Positions 62,846-64,000 of a stretch of DNA of 64,000 nt are shown here, one piece after another. How positions within the stretch are numbered: position 1 is the first letter of the stretch; every line of letters starts with the position of its first letter. The translations under genes and the position numbers were made by a program. The notes beneath the pieces were generated by a model that saw only the letters and a program-made list of their open reading frames with translations, was not told where the DNA came from and made no database searches. The DNA lies in NCBI RefSeq assembly GCF_001194135.2, contig NC_068984.1:27788486-27852485 (forward strand), in the 5' to 3' direction. The DNA is from Octopus bimaculoides (lineage: Eukaryota).

Positions 62846-64000
62846 GATGTGAGATGATTAAATAGAGGTAAATGTTTGAGTTTAAAATAAGGAATTATAA
62901 TGGAAAAAGAAGAGATAGGGAATATAGAGGGAAATAAGAGAATGAATGTAGAAATTAAAAATAAAACATTGTAATTGCAGTTACATTATTCGAATAAATT
63001 GGTGTAGAGAAGTGGTAAAAAAATTTCCTGTACATGGTAAGTAAGTTTCAATAGTAGTTCATGTTTAGTCATTTCTAAGTATGGAGCCATGGATTCTGTG
63101 TCACTCATTCAGAGGGGTTTTGTAGTGTGAATGAAAATTTGAGAATGTATTGGTAGTATTTGTGGATAGATAGGGTGAAAAACGTGAAAAGAAAAAATGA
63201 AAAAAGGGGTGAAAGAGGTGAGAAAAGGAGTGTTAGTTGGTAGTCAAGATAATGTGAAGGGAGGATGGTAGAGGGGTTGATAGGTTGGGGAGGGGTGGAT
63301 AGGAAGAGATGAGATGGTAAGGAGCTAGCATGCAAGAATCGTTGCCTTAAAAGTGCAGCTCGCTTCCTGCAAGTTGCCTGATCCTTCATCATCAAAGTTC
63401 AAAAGGAGCTGGAAGCTGTGGATGAGAATCTAACATCAACTAAATGCAAAATGTATGCACCAAATCATAATACCCTGTGGCGTAATAAAAGAATTCTGAA
63501 AATTATTTTTACCAATTTATTTTCAAATACAGCTTTTCTTTGAAGAGCTCTGCATCTTTTGCTAAATTCATATAAATGACCTTGAAAAATCTAATGCATT
63601 CTGTATATAAAATATTTATGCATAACACAAAGGAATAACAGTAAAATTCAGGCAAATACTTTTTAGTGCACTTTGTGGTAACACAACTTGCCTCACCAGA
63701 TCCAACAAGTGGTGATAGAGTGATAATTATTATGAACCATGTAGGCCACATAATTGCATTTTTTACTCCAGTCCGGTTAGTAAATCCAAAGTTCATTTCC
63801 AAATATTTCAGAGTGTTAATATAAAACACAAAAAAGAATGGAGAATTATACATTTTAAATTCATAATTCAAAATCCACAATTTACTTTCTTGTGTTTCAG
63901 ATGAGAAACTGTTACATAATACAAATTATAGACTATAAATTATAAATAAAATATATATAATTCTTTATACTGCTTTGTGTATTAATTATATGTATATGGT

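Noticed and set aside
63509-63880. 123 aa minus-strand ORF, vaguely piggyBac-like
   Set aside because: No catalytic motif or TTAA/TIR evidence; AT-rich composition can explain the ORF.

Overview
AT-rich eukaryotic (animal) genomic DNA from a gapped draft assembly, with many N-gaps bordered by microsatellites and one Illumina adapter remnant. From memory, the repeat families look like those of Octopus; this is an inference, not a search result. The window is dominated by microsatellites and transposon relics: RTE, Jockey/CR1-like, R4/Dong-like and CRE-like LINEs, a BEL/Pao relic, a solo LTR, mariner, Tc1, maT and hAT fragments, foldback MITEs and several tRNA-derived SINEs. There is one clean tRNA-Arg(UCU) gene at 43686-43758. 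No long ORF is present, and most listed ORFs are microsatellite or N-gap artefacts. A few small candidate exons in the CpG-poor left half suggest an unidentified host gene. The most interesting signal is a set of minimal type-I hammerhead ribozyme motifs of the Penelope-like-element kind, with a palindromic stem III, in several distinct families. These include a CUGUUGA core variant seen twice and a foldback element in which a tRNA-like head is fused to a hammerhead-bearing tail. Also notable are long inverted repeats around candidate exons, a tandem double-hairpin array in RTE 3' UTRs, and a pre-miRNA-like hairpin.
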